DNA from: Campylobacterota bacterium
GTDB taxonomy: Bacteria > Campylobacterota > Campylobacteria > Campylobacterales > Sulfurimonadaceae
Assembly: GCA_013607665.1 (NCBI GenBank)
Contig: VCAX01000001.1
Span: forward strand, 396-64,395
Direction of reading: 5' to 3'
Length of the DNA stretch: 64,000 bases
The position numbers were made by a program, and so were the translations under genes. Below, piece after piece: positions 1-10,762 of this stretch (the first letter of the stretch is position 1; every line of letters begins with the position of its first letter). Under the pieces are notes generated by a model. It saw nothing but the letters and a program-made list of their open reading frames with translations, searched no databases and was not told the origin of the DNA.

Positions 1-105
1 GACCTACTCGGGGAGAACCAGGCACAAAAGGTCTACTCTGTTGAACAGATCAAAAAGATAATCAAGAAAAACTCAGACAGCTCTTCTCATATTAACATTT
101 CCTAA
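1..105 (+). CDS. 3' end of an unknown protein (partial, runs off the window)
   Basis: Frame 1 is open from base 1 (DLLGENQAQKVYSVEQIKK...) to TAA at 103-105 and converges on nadK. Confidence 0.55.
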   Translation, partial: DLLGENQAQKVYSVEQIKKIIKKNSDSSSHINIS

Positions 106-956
106 TCACCCCAGTTGAGTTTTTCTTTGAGGACATCAAAGTAGTTAAACTCTTCTCTGTGGATAAGCTTCACGGTTTTTCGTGCAAGCTGAATATGAAT
201 ACTCTCCCCTGCTTCAAGCTCGTGCTTATCTTGTCCGTCTATGATTACCAAGGCTCTGTCCTGCGGTGTTTTCATTTCAATGGAAAATTTTCCAGGAAGC
301 ACAACAGGACGCTGCGTGAGAGAGTGCGGGCAGATTGGCGTGAGTGCAAAAACATTTGTTAAAGGAAAAAGTACCGGTCCGCCTGCTGAGAGATTATATG
401 CCGTAGAACCCGTAGGAGTCGAGACAATGACGCCGTCACCGTAGTAGGTGTTGAATGCTTTGGAATCAACCAGTGTTTCGATATGAATCATATTTGAAAC
501 CGATGGACGTGTCACGACTATGTCGTTAAAAGCATAGATAGTCATCTCATTTTCATTTTCTTGAAATTTTGCTTCTAAAATGGAGCGCTTATCAACTCTG
601 TATTCCCCTTTTACAAGACGCGCAACAAAAGCATCGAGTTCTTCTATGTTAATGTCGGCTAAAAAGCCAAGGTTACCCGCATAGATTCCAAAAACAGGTA
701 CATCGTGTTTAAATGAGCGTCGCACAGCAGAGATGAGTGTTCCGTCACCACCAAGCGTAACAAGTACATCACAATTTTGGCACAAGTTATCAAACTCCAT
801 TCCCATGATGCCTATCATCGCACCGCTGATACTCTCGATAGTCACTTCGATACCATGCTTGTTGAAGATCTTTTCAAGTTCAAAATAATTTTGCTTGAGT
901 TCCGGTGATGAAGGACGTAGAACAACGCCCACTTTTTTTATTTTTTCTGCCTGCAA
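102..956 (-). CDS. nadK: NAD(+) kinase
   Basis: GGDGT motif, GNLGFL, ND motif, DGVIVSTPTGSTAYNLSAGGP. Confidence 0.97.
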   Translation of the reverse strand: MQAEKIKKVGVVLRPSSPELKQNYFELEKIFNKHGIEVTIESISGAMIGIMGMEFDNLCQNCDVLVTLGGDGTLISAVRRSFKHDVPVFGIYAGNLGFLADINIEELDAFVARLVKGEYRVDKRSILEAKFQENENEMTIYAFNDIVVTRPSVSNMIHIETLVDSKAFNTYYGDGVIVSTPTGSTAYNLSAGGPVLFPLTNVFALTPICPHSLTQRPVVLPGKFSIEMKTPQDRALVIIDGQDKHELEAGESIHIQLARKTVKLIHREEFNYFDVLKEKLNWGD

Positions 957-1050
957 TTTAGCTCACTTGATGAAATGTTTTTTTTAATTATACAACAGAT
1001 AAGGAGTTTTTAGATATAATCGCAAAAATTTTCTAAATAGGACTTTAACC

Positions 1051-2808
1051 TTGAGAAGTCATTACTGTACAGATTTAAGTGAAAAAAATGTTGGCGAAGA
1101 GGTCACACTAACAGGTTGGGCGAACAGCTATCGCGACCATGGTGGGATCATCTTCATAGATTTACGTGACAAAACTGGACTCATTCAGCTTACTTGTGAT
1201 CCGAAAGATTCTCCTGAAGCACACAAAGTTGCTGACAGAGTAAGAGATGAATTTGTTTTAATAGCAAAAGGGAAAGTACGCCTTCGTGGTGAAGGATTGA
1301 CAAATCCACGTCTTAAAACAGGTGCTATTGAAATCGTAGTGCAAGAACTCATCATCGAGAACAAATCAGCGCCGCTTCCTTTTGTCATAGGCGACAAAAA
1401 AGTCGGAGAAGAGACAACACTCAAGTATCGCTACTTAGAGCTTCGTGACCCATCTATGTATGGAGCATTCCGTCTACGTTCAAAAGCAGCAATCGCAGCA
1501 AGAAATATTTTGGATGCAAATGGTTTCTTAGAAGTTGAAACGCCGATCTTAACAAAGTCTACTCCAGAGGGTGCGCGTGATTATCTTGTACCGTCTCGTG
1601 TGCATAACGGCGAGTTCTATGCACTTCCACAATCACCACAGCTTTTCAAACAGCTTTTAATGGTTGGTGGTTTTGACAGATACTTCCAGATCGCAAAATG
1701 TTTCCGTGATGAAGACCTGCGTGCAGACAGACAACCGGAGTTCACACAGATAGATGTCGAGATGAGTTTCTGTGACCAAGAAGATGTCATTAAAGTTGCA
1801 GAAGACTTGCTTACTGCAATGTTCAAAGCATGTGATGTTGAAGTAAAAGCACCATTTAACCGCATTACATATAAAGAAGCTATGGAAAAATACGGTTCTG
1901 ACAAACCAGATATGCGCTACGGACTTGAAATGGTCGATGTTATCGATATTTTCGAGCGTTGTGACAATGAGATCTTTACAAATATTGCAAAAAATCCACA
2001 CATCAACCGTATCAAAGCGCTTCGTGTTCCTGGTGCTGACCTTGTTTTCTCTAAACGTGAGATGAAAGGCTTTGAGGATTTTGTTCGTAAGTTCGGTGCG
2101 CATGGACTTGGTTATTTCCAACTCAAAGAAGATGGTCTTAAAGGTCCACTTACTAAATTCTTCTCTGAAGAAGATTTACAACTTATCATCGAGAGAACTG
2201 AGCTTCAAGTGGGCGATGTTGTCTTCTTTGGTGCCGGTGAGAAAAAAGTTGTCTGGGACTACATGGGACGCTTTAGAAACTTCATCGCAGAGCATGAGAA
2301 GATGAATCTCATCCCTGAAGATGCATATGAGTTCGTATGGGTCGTGGATTTTCCAATGTTTGAAGTTGAAGATGGTCGTGTAAAAGCACTTCACCATCCA
2401 TTTACTATGCCAAAAAGCCTTGATAAAGATGATGTAGAAGAGATAGAGTCTATCGCTTACGATATCGTTCTTAACGGTGTTGAGCTTGGTGGTGGATCTA
2501 TTCGTATCCACAAAGAGGATATTCAAGAGAGTGTATTTAAACTCCTTTGTATCGAAGAGGAAGAAGCACAAGAGAAATTTGGTTTCTTACTAGATGCACT
2601 TAAATTTGGTGCTCCTCCACACGGTGGTTTTGCTATCGGTTTTGACAGACTTATGATGCTTATCTCTAAAACATCTTCCATCCGTGATGTTATAGCATTC
2701 CCTAAAACACAAAAAGCCTCTTGTGTACTTACGCACGCACCAAGCCCGGTTGACAATCAACAGCTGCGTGACCTTCACATTAGACTGCGTGAGCAGACAA
2801 AAGCCTAA
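1051..2808 (+). CDS. aspS: Aspartate--tRNA ligase
   Basis: RSHYC start, OB fold, [37 protein letters not shown]. Confidence 0.99.
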   Translation: MRSHYCTDLSEKNVGEEVTLTGWANSYRDHGGIIFIDLRDKTGLIQLTCDPKDSPEAHKVADRVRDEFVLIAKGKVRLRGEGLTNPRLKTGAIEIVVQELIIENKSAPLPFVIGDKKVGEETTLKYRYLELRDPSMYGAFRLRSKAAIAARNILDANGFLEVETPILTKSTPEGARDYLVPSRVHNGEFYALPQSPQLFKQLLMVGGFDRYFQIAKCFRDEDLRADRQPEFTQIDVEMSFCDQEDVIKVAEDLLTAMFKACDVEVKAPFNRITYKEAMEKYGSDKPDMRYGLEMVDVIDIFERCDNEIFTNIAKNPHINRIKALRVPGADLVFSKREMKGFEDFVRKFGAHGLGYFQLKEDGLKGPLTKFFSEEDLQLIIERTELQVGDVVFFGAGEKKVVWDYMGRFRNFIAEHEKMNLIPEDAYEFVWVVDFPMFEVEDGRVKALHHPFTMPKSLDKDDVEEIESIAYDIVLNGVELGGGSIRIHKEDIQESVFKLLCIEEEEAQEKFGFLLDALKFGAPPHGGFAIGFDRLMMLISKTSSIRDVIAFPKTQKASCVLTHAPSPVDNQQLRDLHIRLREQTKA

Positions 2809-2811
2809 ATC

Positions 2812-3381
2812 ATGAAAAAACTTTTCTTGATCATCGGAGCTCCCGGCTCCGGTAAAACTACCGATGCAGAACTCATAGCCAAACATAACGACAACATCAC
2901 CCACTACTCAACAGGTGATATGCTTCGCGCAGAAGTGACAAGTGGTAGTGAACGTGGAAAAATCATAGACAAATACATCTCTCAAGGCCTCATTGTTCCT
3001 ATTGAGATCGTCATCGAGACAATCGTTAACGCTATCAAATCAGCACCTACGGATGTCGTCATCATAGACGGCTATCCTCGCAGTATAGAGCAGATGATAG
3101 AACTAGACAAATATCTTCAAAAAACCGATGACGTACTGCTTGTCTCAGTCATAGAAGTCAGAGTGAGTGAAGAGACAGCTAGAAGAAGAGTTCTTGGTCG
3201 TGCCCGTGGTGCGGATGATGATGAAAAAGTCTTCAATAATCGTATGAAAGTCTATAGAGAGCCTCTTGAAGAGATTCGCAACTTCTACTCCAGTATGAGC
3301 AGACTCAAGGTTATCTCCGGCGAAGACTCCATCGATAAAATAGTTCAAGAAATGGAAAGTTTTATAAACTCCAGACTCTAA
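2812..3381 (+). CDS. adk: Adenylate kinase, short type without LID
   Basis: [10 protein letters not shown]-loop, STGDMLR, DGYPR, short GRARGADD lid; 189 aa. Confidence 0.95.
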   Translation: MKKLFLIIGAPGSGKTTDAELIAKHNDNITHYSTGDMLRAEVTSGSERGKIIDKYISQGLIVPIEIVIETIVNAIKSAPTDVVIIDGYPRSIEQMIELDKYLQKTDDVLLVSVIEVRVSEETARRRVLGRARGADDDEKVFNNRMKVYREPLEEIRNFYSSMSRLKVISGEDSIDKIVQEMESFINSRL

Positions 3382-3396
3382 ACCGAAGGCAGCATA

Positions 3397-4851
3397 TTGC
3401 AAAAACAAAAATTTATCCTCAAGCTGTTCCCTGAGATTATGATCAAAGGCTCTTCTGCCAAACGTCAAATGACAGGGCAGCTTTACAACAACCTTTTAAC
3501 CATTTTAAAACGCATCGACGAATCTATCGACGTTGCCAAGTTCTCTGATAAGCTTGAAGTCTTTACTCCACAGGAATTTCTTCCTGAAGTAAGAGAAAAG
3601 CTGCTCAATACTCCGGGAATAGAGATGATTCTTGAAGTATTGCAGTTTGACAATATGGACACCATCGATAAAATCAAGGTAAAGGTCCGCGAACTTGTTG
3701 CTGATTCGCTTAAAGAAAAAACTTTTGTCGTGCGTGTCAAACGTTCCGGAAAACACCCTTTTAAATCCATTGACATTGAAAAAACAGTCGGTGGACACCT
3801 CCTTGCAAACTCAGAGGCTAAAGGCGTACAGCTAAAAGACCCTGATATCGTCGTGCAGATGGAGCTCATTGAAGATCAACTCAATGTCATTACTGCAAAA
3901 TACAAAGGTCTCAGCGGTTTTCCAATTGGCACACAGGGAGATATTCTCTCTTTGATGTCCGGTGGTTTTGACTCAACTGTTGCTTCGTACTTGACTATGA
4001 AACGCGGCATAAAAACGCATTTTATCTTCTTTAATCTCGGCGGTATGGCACACGAGATAGGTGTAAAACAGGTAGCGCTTTATCTCTGGAGTAAATTTGG
4101 TTCTTCACACAAAGTAAAATTTATTTCCGTACCTTTTGATGATGTCATCGAAGAGATATTTCGCTCAACACCGCCGACTTATATGGGTGTGACACTCAAA
4201 CGTCTTATGCTCATAGCTTCCGAGAAGGTCGCTGATGCTATGGAGATAGACGCGCTTGTTACCGGAGAGAGTGTCGCACAGGTTTCAAGTCAAACACTGC
4301 GCAATCTTGCCCTTATCGATCAGGTAACCAACAAACTCGTATTGCGTCCGCTTGCAACAGTCAATAAGCCGGAGATCATTAGCATTGCAAATGAGATAGG
4401 CACACGCCATTTTGCAGAAAATATGCCGGAATATTGCGGTGTCATCTCTCAAAACCCTATTACACACGGCTCATTTAAGAGAATGGAAAAAGTCGCACAG
4501 AAATTCGACTATACCGTACTTGACAAAGCCGTAGCAGATGCACAGCATCTCAGCATCGATGAAATCGTCGATGATATCAGTAATCTCGCGCCAATTGAAG
4601 TAGTAGATGATCTAAGCAGCGGCGACTTCACTGTCATAGACATCCGCCCTGAAGACGATTGCATAAAAACTGAGTGTAAAACACTCAAAATTCCATTCCA
4701 TAAACTAAAAAAAGAGTTTGAAAAACTGCCAAAAGATAAAGAGTACCTTTTTTACTGCGATAAGGGGATTATGAGTCAGCTTCACGCGCAGTATCTGCGG
4801 GATGCAAAAGGGTATGAAAATATTCGGGTCTATCGCCCAAAGGGAGAGTAG
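3397..4851 (+). CDS. thiI: tRNA 4-thiouridine(8) synthase with C-terminal rhodanese domain
   Basis: THUMP region, SGGFDS PP-loop, PEYCG, C-terminal YCDKGIMS rhodanese motif. Confidence 0.96.
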   Translation: MQKQKFILKLFPEIMIKGSSAKRQMTGQLYNNLLTILKRIDESIDVAKFSDKLEVFTPQEFLPEVREKLLNTPGIEMILEVLQFDNMDTIDKIKVKVRELVADSLKEKTFVVRVKRSGKHPFKSIDIEKTVGGHLLANSEAKGVQLKDPDIVVQMELIEDQLNVITAKYKGLSGFPIGTQGDILSLMSGGFDSTVASYLTMKRGIKTHFIFFNLGGMAHEIGVKQVALYLWSKFGSSHKVKFISVPFDDVIEEIFRSTPPTYMGVTLKRLMLIASEKVADAMEIDALVTGESVAQVSSQTLRNLALIDQVTNKLVLRPLATVNKPEIISIANEIGTRHFAENMPEYCGVISQNPITHGSFKRMEKVAQKFDYTVLDKAVADAQHLSIDEIVDDISNLAPIEVVDDLSSGDFTVIDIRPEDDCIKTECKTLKIPFHKLKKEFEKLPKDKEYLFYCDKGIMSQLHAQYLRDAKGYENIRVYRPKGE

Positions 4852-4852
4852 A

Positions 4853-5503
<651 letters not shown>

Positions 5504-5578
5504 CTATTTTGTCCTGTGTCGTATTTTTCTCTAAAGAAATTATTGGTGAAATTATAGTAAAAGTGACTTTAAATTAGC

Positions 5579-5869
5579 CTACTCTTCTTCTACAAATCCA
5601 AAATCTTCATCATCACTGCCGCGTTGTGCCATTTCAATGTCTTCAATAAGCTCTTTTGCTTCCTCTTCGTCCATTTCACCCTCTTTAATGTCCGCTAAAA
5701 CATCTTCAAAGTCCGCTTTGAACTCACGCAGCTCTTCGATCTCCTCTTTTGCCTCTTCACTGGCCTCTTTATTGCCCGCAATCTCTTCAAAAATTTCATC
5801 TAGTCGATCATTGATATCTGGAATAACGCCATTTGCTATTAACTCTTCTAATTTTTTCATGTGTGACAT
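5579..5869 (-). CDS. Highly acidic hypothetical protein
   Basis: 96-aa Glu/Asp-rich helical ORF preceded by an AAAGG RBS-like site. Confidence 0.8.
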   Translation of the reverse strand: MSHMKKLEELIANGVIPDINDRLDEIFEEIAGNKEASEEAKEEIEELREFKADFEDVLADIKEGEMDEEEAKELIEDIEMAQRGSDDEDFGFVEEE

Positions 5870-5900
5870 ATATCTAAACCTTTATTTATTTTTTAGAATT

Positions 5901-5916
5901 GAACCCTCTGAACAAA
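5901..5916. repeat. IS terminal inverted repeat (left)
   Basis: GAACCCTCTGAACAAA, inverted copy at 7094-7109. Confidence 0.9.
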
Positions 5917-6045
5917 GCCACTTTTGTGATCCTGTTTTGAAAGTTAAGTCTTTTTTAGTGTTTAAGTCTAAAATCTTTGAATTTTACTTAAATTGATTTA
6001 TCAATTTTCTTGTATTTTTTCCTCTTTTTGTATCCTTTTTCCTTT

Positions 6046-7026
6046 TTAGGCATACCTTTGCATCAGATTGGGCATTCTTCGTAGATTGTAAGCGGTAGCT
6101 AAAAGGTAGTGATGCTGTATATTTTTATGCAGTCCTATATATTTGGACTCCGTGTAATGCATCAATCGTTTGATAAATGCAAACGGCATTTCAACAATGC
6201 TTCTTATCTTTGAGAAACGTTGATTATTTCTTGATTGTTTAGCTCTGAGTTTGGATTGTCCTCTGACTCTTCTTTCAATAATACCAACAAATACACCTTT
6301 GGCTCTTAGGGTGCGTTTTCTTGTTTGGGACATATAGCCACTATCGGCAAATATAGCTTTATTCTCATCTTGTGTTAACGTATCTATCATTTGTGAATCA
6401 TGTACTTTTGCGGTGGTAGTTCGAATATTTTTAATCACTCCGGCTCTATCAGTAGCAATGTGCATTTTATAGCCATGATGCTTTACGCCACGTTTGGAAG
6501 TATAAGTTGCATCCTTGTCGTACGCCTCATCGCAGATCACTTTGCCGTTATTACCTTTTTTTCTCTTTGGCTCTGATGCATGGATGAGTGTAGCATCTAC
6601 CAGTGTCCCTTCGTTTAGTATAAGGTTCTTCTCTATCATCTGTATTTTTACCTGATTGAAAATCTCTTCCATGAGGTTTTCACGGATAAGGGCATTTCGA
6701 AATTTACAGATTGTTGCTTCATCAGGGATGGTGTCATCATCTTTAATATCCAAAAATTTACGAAACGAGATACGATCATGAATCAGCTCCTCTGTCATTG
6801 GATCTGATAAACCATACCAACTTTGTAAGAAAAGTGCCCCTAACAATACTGATGCAGGAATGGATGGTCTGCCTTGTTTGCCTTTGTTAGGTTTATATAT
6901 CCCTTTTTCGATCAGTATTGCTTCTATCGTATCGTAGGGAATCAGTGGTTTCATCTCATTTAAAAATTGAGTGCTGCGTTTGCCTCCTTGATACTCCATC
7001 GCATAATCGAAAAAACTTAGTTGCAT
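6046..7026 (-). CDS. IS5-family transposase
   Basis: QSWYGLSD..DRISFRKFL..PDEATICKFR N-domain; LVDATLI, GYKMHI, ADSGY and RSIVEMPF DDE motifs; likely start MQLSF after GGGAG. Confidence 0.95.
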   Translation of the reverse strand: MQLSFFDYAMEYQGGKRSTQFLNEMKPLIPYDTIEAILIEKGIYKPNKGKQGRPSIPASVLLGALFLQSWYGLSDPMTEELIHDRISFRKFLDIKDDDTIPDEATICKFRNALIRENLMEEIFNQVKIQMIEKNLILNEGTLVDATLIHASEPKRKKGNNGKVICDEAYDKDATYTSKRGVKHHGYKMHIATDRAGVIKNIRTTTAKVHDSQMIDTLTQDENKAIFADSGYMSQTRKRTLRAKGVFVGIIERRVRGQSKLRAKQSRNNQRFSKIRSIVEMPFAFIKRLMHYTESKYIGLHKNIQHHYLLATAYNLRRMPNLMQRYA

Positions 7027-7093
7027 AATCTCACTCCCTGCTCTGTATATATCTTTTATTTTACCAAATCTGTGCAAATGAATAATCTTGATG

Positions 7094-7109
7094 TTTATTC
7101 AGAGGGTTC
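7094..7109. repeat. IS terminal inverted repeat (right)
   Basis: Reverse complement GAACCCTCTGAATAAA. Confidence 0.9.
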
Positions 7110-7129
7110 AATTATACTATAATTTGTTT

Positions 7130-7861
7130 ATGAAATTTTATTTAGTAATTATTGGCACAGAAATATTAAATGGCAGACGTGAGGACAAGCATTTTGTTTT
7201 CGTACGTGATGAACTTGCAAAATATGGACATGAACTTTTTGCTTCTTTTGTCATCAAAGATGATGTAGCACTTATTGAACGCACCTACACAATGATAAAA
7301 GAGGACAAAGAGGCAGTAATGTTCTCCTTTGGCGGCATAGGCTCGACTCCTGATGATCTCACGCGTGCAATTGCTTCCAAAGTTTTTAGAAGTGCACCGC
7401 TGCAAACGCATAAAAAATTCAAAGCAGACATTATTGAAAGATTTCAAGAAGCAGCCTACCCGCATAGAATCCACATGGCAGACCTGCCCCCGAATGCCGA
7501 ACTGCTTTTTAATCCCGTTAACAACATGTCTGGCTTTTCACTCGATCAAAAATACTTTTTTGTTCCCGGATTTCCTTCAATGGCACATCCAATGATACAA
7601 GAAGCCATCAAAAAATATTTCTCTCACGCAGAAAAAAAACACCGCTTGACTCTGCTGGCTGAGACAAGTGAAGAGTCTCTCATATCACTTATGCAACAGC
7701 TTCCACCTGACATTGAACTTTCATCACTGCCGATGTTTGTAGATGGAAAACCAAAAGTGGAACTCTCTTTAAGTGGAACAAATCAAGAGGAGATAGAACA
7801 CTATTTCTCACTTTTCAAAGAAGAACTCAAACAACGCAATATCCATTATAAATTAAGCTAA
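7130..7861 (+). CDS. CinA-like / molybdopterin-binding domain protein
   Basis: IIGTEILNGRRED, GGIGSTPDDLT, VPGFP. The ORF-track start at 7088 lies inside the IS end, so ATG 7130 is preferred. Confidence 0.9.
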   Translation: MKFYLVIIGTEILNGRREDKHFVFVRDELAKYGHELFASFVIKDDVALIERTYTMIKEDKEAVMFSFGGIGSTPDDLTRAIASKVFRSAPLQTHKKFKADIIERFQEAAYPHRIHMADLPPNAELLFNPVNNMSGFSLDQKYFFVPGFPSMAHPMIQEAIKKYFSHAEKKHRLTLLAETSEESLISLMQQLPPDIELSSLPMFVDGKPKVELSLSGTNQEEIEHYFSLFKEELKQRNIHYKLS

Positions 7862-7909
7862 TACAAGATTTTGCCGATATATAAATAGTATAAATCAAGG
7901 AATTCTATC

Positions 7910-8038
7910 ATGTTGGTTTGGTTATTGGTACTTTTATTGCTTTTTGCTTTCATATATGTTGTTTACCGTATCGTCTTTTTAGAGAAAAAAGATGAAAATA
8001 AGCATGAGAACGAGCAGCATTACACTTTTAAAATATAA
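7910..8038 (+). CDS. Small single-pass membrane protein (42 aa, not in ORF track)
   Basis: AAGGA RBS, then MLVWLLVLLLLFAFIYVVYRIVFLEKKDENKHENEQHYTFKI*. Confidence 0.65.
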   Translation: MLVWLLVLLLLFAFIYVVYRIVFLEKKDENKHENEQHYTFKI

Positions 8039-8049
8039 GAGAGAAAACA

Positions 8050-8664
8050 ATGGCAATTGTTATGAACAATCATGTCTTTAAAGGACACAGGACGCTCCTC
8101 GGCAATAAATTTGTCACCTACGGAGAATTAGAACTTCCAACAAGAGCAGATATCTACCCCACTTCTAAAAGCGGTTTTGACTGGAGAAACAGCTCACGCG
8201 GTGCGCACCAGCTCGCATTTTCTATGCTATTTCAACTCAGTTCACAAGAACTCGCTGAAAAATATGTCGAGCAGTTCACACATGATGTAGTAAGAGGTTT
8301 GCATGCCAGAGACTGGGTTTTAAGCGCATCGGATGTTCTGGAGTGGATAGAGTCCAACTGTGAACTTCCAAAACCACAAGAGCAAGAGACAAAAGTCAAA
8401 GTAAAAGCAGCCAACAACACTGTCAAAAAGAGAAAGAAACAAAAAGCAAATATTGTCAAAGATATCTGCAAAGAGCTGAACATCACGCAAAAACAACTTG
8501 CCGAGATTTTAGAAGTACCAGAGGGAACTGTCAGTTCATGGGCAGTAAAAAACGAAATTCCGCGACTTGGTAAAAAAGCCATAGAATTTTACATGAAAAG
8601 TCAAAAAAATCAAAAAATAGTGGACAGCTATAGAAGTTTCATCGAGCTTCTACAGGCATCATAA
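8050..8664 (+). CDS. DUF6166-like domain fused to an XRE-type HTH
   Basis: N-terminal SGFDW....GAHQLAFSML...F..DVV..L...W.L....V.EW; C-terminal KELNITQKQLAEILEVPEGTVSSW HTH. Confidence 0.75.
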   Translation: MAIVMNNHVFKGHRTLLGNKFVTYGELELPTRADIYPTSKSGFDWRNSSRGAHQLAFSMLFQLSSQELAEKYVEQFTHDVVRGLHARDWVLSASDVLEWIESNCELPKPQEQETKVKVKAANNTVKKRKKQKANIVKDICKELNITQKQLAEILEVPEGTVSSWAVKNEIPRLGKKAIEFYMKSQKNQKIVDSYRSFIELLQAS

Positions 8665-8676
8665 GAAAGGAAATAT

Positions 8677-8868
8677 GTGAAACCAAAAGACGAAATAACA
8701 AGAAGCCTTCTTATTGACAGACAAACGTGGGAAGAAGCTATGAAATACTCGCGTGACCGCTACAAAATGAGTCTCTCAAAAGTCATAGAATCACTGCTAC
8801 AGGAATGGCTAGTCAAAGAGAAGAGAAAACCGCTTGATAATTCAAAACAGGCAAAATTTTTCGAATAA
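8677..8868 (+). CDS. Small ribbon-helix-helix-like protein
   Basis: AAGGA RBS, GTG start; TRSLLID-RQTWEEAMKYS-MSLSKVIESLLQEW beta-alpha-alpha pattern. Confidence 0.65.
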   Translation: MKPKDEITRSLLIDRQTWEEAMKYSRDRYKMSLSKVIESLLQEWLVKEKRKPLDNSKQAKFFE

Positions 8869-8886
8869 CTCTCATTTTACCTGCTA

Positions 8887-9390
8887 CTATCTTGCATAAT
8901 TTGTGTTTTGTGGAGCTTGGGGATCATAGTCCAGAAGCTCTAAAACCGACTTTTTATTCATTTTTCTTGCAAAATCAATAGCTGTAAAACCTTTTGTATC
9001 TCTGGCATACTGATCGGCACCCTTTTCAAGAAGCATTTTGGCAATTTCCACTCTTCCATAGCATGCCGCAGCCATTAATGCTGTAAAATCACTTTTTCGT
9101 GTTGTTTTATTGACATCTATGCCTTGTTCTAACAAGTGTGAGACCATGTGAATATTGTCATAGGTAATGGCCATATCGAAGATACTCACACCCTCATCAT
9201 CAAAATCAAAAATATCTGCACCATTTTCAATAAGCAGCATAAGCGTATCCATCGAACATCCCGCACGCAAAGCACACGCAAGTACACTCTCTCCTGCTTC
9301 ATTTGTATCTTGCAGGTCTGCACCACTCTTTATATATTTTTTAATTCCGAGATAATCATCACTCTTTAAAAGTTCCAGCCATTTATTCAT
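8887..9390 (-). CDS. Ankyrin repeat protein
   Basis: Repeated LLIENGAD, LLEQGIDVN, TALMAAA..G...AKMLLEKGAD motifs. Confidence 0.92.
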   Translation of the reverse strand: MNKWLELLKSDDYLGIKKYIKSGADLQDTNEAGESVLACALRAGCSMDTLMLLIENGADIFDFDDEGVSIFDMAITYDNIHMVSHLLEQGIDVNKTTRKSDFTALMAAACYGRVEIAKMLLEKGADQYARDTKGFTAIDFARKMNKKSVLELLDYDPQAPQNTNYAR

Positions 9391-9466
9391 AATGACAGTA
9401 TAGTAAAAATTTTATTAGTTGTTTTTATGTATAATTCGACTAACAAATTAATTAAGCGAGAATTCA

Positions 9467-10672
9467 ATGGAAATCATTCAAACAACTGATGCTTTTAAAG
9501 CACTTATCGAGGACATAAAAACAACAACACCAAACTATAGGAACCCTTTGGCATTTGGTATCTGCCGTGTTGATCTAGGACAGCTCAATGTTGACAAAGC
9601 ACTGCAAGCGACATACCCGCTCATCAACTGGGATGAGAACTTTGGCAGTGCGGCTATCTTCATAAAAGCACTTGCAGAACAAGGCGTTGAAGTAGATTTT
9701 TCACAAAATGAAGTCGTATGTAACATTAACCTAGAATTTTTAAAATCATGCCTCAATGCTTTTACTCCATACTCTGATGAAGCGCATGGTGATGCACACA
9801 AAAACATTCAGGTTGTATCGGCTCTTTACTCTCAAATCGTAAACAATGGTAGCCTAGAGGGTGAATTTAAAGTATGTTTTATCTTTGACGATGCACCATT
9901 AAAATCCGTAGAGGCAACATATCTCAAACTCTATGCAATCTCTCAAGCAAAAGTCGGACTGCGTGAGATCTGTCTTGACGGTGCATTTGGCGCACTTCCA
10001 AATGTTGCATGGTCAAACGGGCAACCAATCGAGCTGGATTACCTGCGTGAGTTCGAGATCGAGTTAAAGCTTAGTGGCGAATACCCGCACATCGATTTTG
10101 TAGATAAATTTCCACGTTTCTTACAACACATCATTCCAGCAGATAACACACGCATCTTAGATACTTCTAAAGTACGCTTCGGTGCACAGCTTGCTGCAGG
10201 TACAACTGTAATGCCGGGTGCATCATACATTAACTTCAATGCAGGAACTACCGGTGTATCTATGGTTGAGGGTCGTATCTCATCTTCTGCTATCGTTGGT
10301 GATGGTTCTGATGTCGGTGGGGGTGCTTCCATCCTTGGTGTACTCTCAGGAACTGACGGCAACCCTATCAGCATCGGCAAAAACTGTCTTTTAGGAGCAA
10401 ACTCTGTTTGTGGTATTCCTTTAGGTGACGGTTGTATCATCGATGCAGGTCTTGCTATACTCGAGGGAACAAAAATCGGCATCTACCCTGCTGAACTTGA
10501 AAAAATCGTAGAAGCAAACCCTGCACTCAAAGGAAAAATTTCCGGTGAAATTTTCAAAGGAAAACAGCTCGCTTTCCTTAATGGTCTTCACTTTAGACAA
10601 AATTCTCTTACAGGTGAAATCACAGCATCTCGTTCAACTAGAGAAGTAAAACTCAACGCCGACCTTCACTAA
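9467..10672 (+). CDS. dapD: Tetrahydrodipicolinate N-succinyltransferase (Campylobacterota type)
   Basis: VDKFPR, YINFNAGT, MVEGRISSSA, GGGASILGVLSG, FRQNSLTG. Confidence 0.95.
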   Translation: MEIIQTTDAFKALIEDIKTTTPNYRNPLAFGICRVDLGQLNVDKALQATYPLINWDENFGSAAIFIKALAEQGVEVDFSQNEVVCNINLEFLKSCLNAFTPYSDEAHGDAHKNIQVVSALYSQIVNNGSLEGEFKVCFIFDDAPLKSVEATYLKLYAISQAKVGLREICLDGAFGALPNVAWSNGQPIELDYLREFEIELKLSGEYPHIDFVDKFPRFLQHIIPADNTRILDTSKVRFGAQLAAGTTVMPGASYINFNAGTTGVSMVEGRISSSAIVGDGSDVGGGASILGVLSGTDGNPISIGKNCLLGANSVCGIPLGDGCIIDAGLAILEGTKIGIYPAELEKIVEANPALKGKISGEIFKGKQLAFLNGLHFRQNSLTGEITASRSTREVKLNADLH

Positions 10673-10682
10673 ATACCTCTCA

Positions 10683-10704
10683 AGCACCCTTTCAAGAGGG
10701 TGCT
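10683..10704 (+). terminator. Hairpin after dapD, probable terminator
   Basis: AGCACCCT-ttcaag-AGGGTGCT stem 10 nt after the stop codon. Confidence 0.6.
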
Positions 10705-10762
10705 AACACTCTACTAACTTTTTTTCTATACACTTGCAACATCATAAACCAAAGGAACCTAA

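Larger units (their letters stand above)
5901..7109 (-). mobile_element. IS5-family insertion sequence, about 1.2 kb, complete
   Basis: TIRs GAACCCTCTGAAcAAA (5901-5916) and TTTaTTCAGAGGGTTC (7094-7109), 15/16 match; flanked by AATT at 5897-5900 and 7110-7113; encloses a DDE transposase. Confidence 0.93.

Noticed and set aside
7027-7077. Upstream extension of the transposase ORF
   Set aside because: The RBS (GGGAG) precedes ATG 7026, which is the more plausible start
7088-7129. N-terminal extension of the cinA-like ORF
   Set aside because: Starts inside the IS end; an artefact of the insertion
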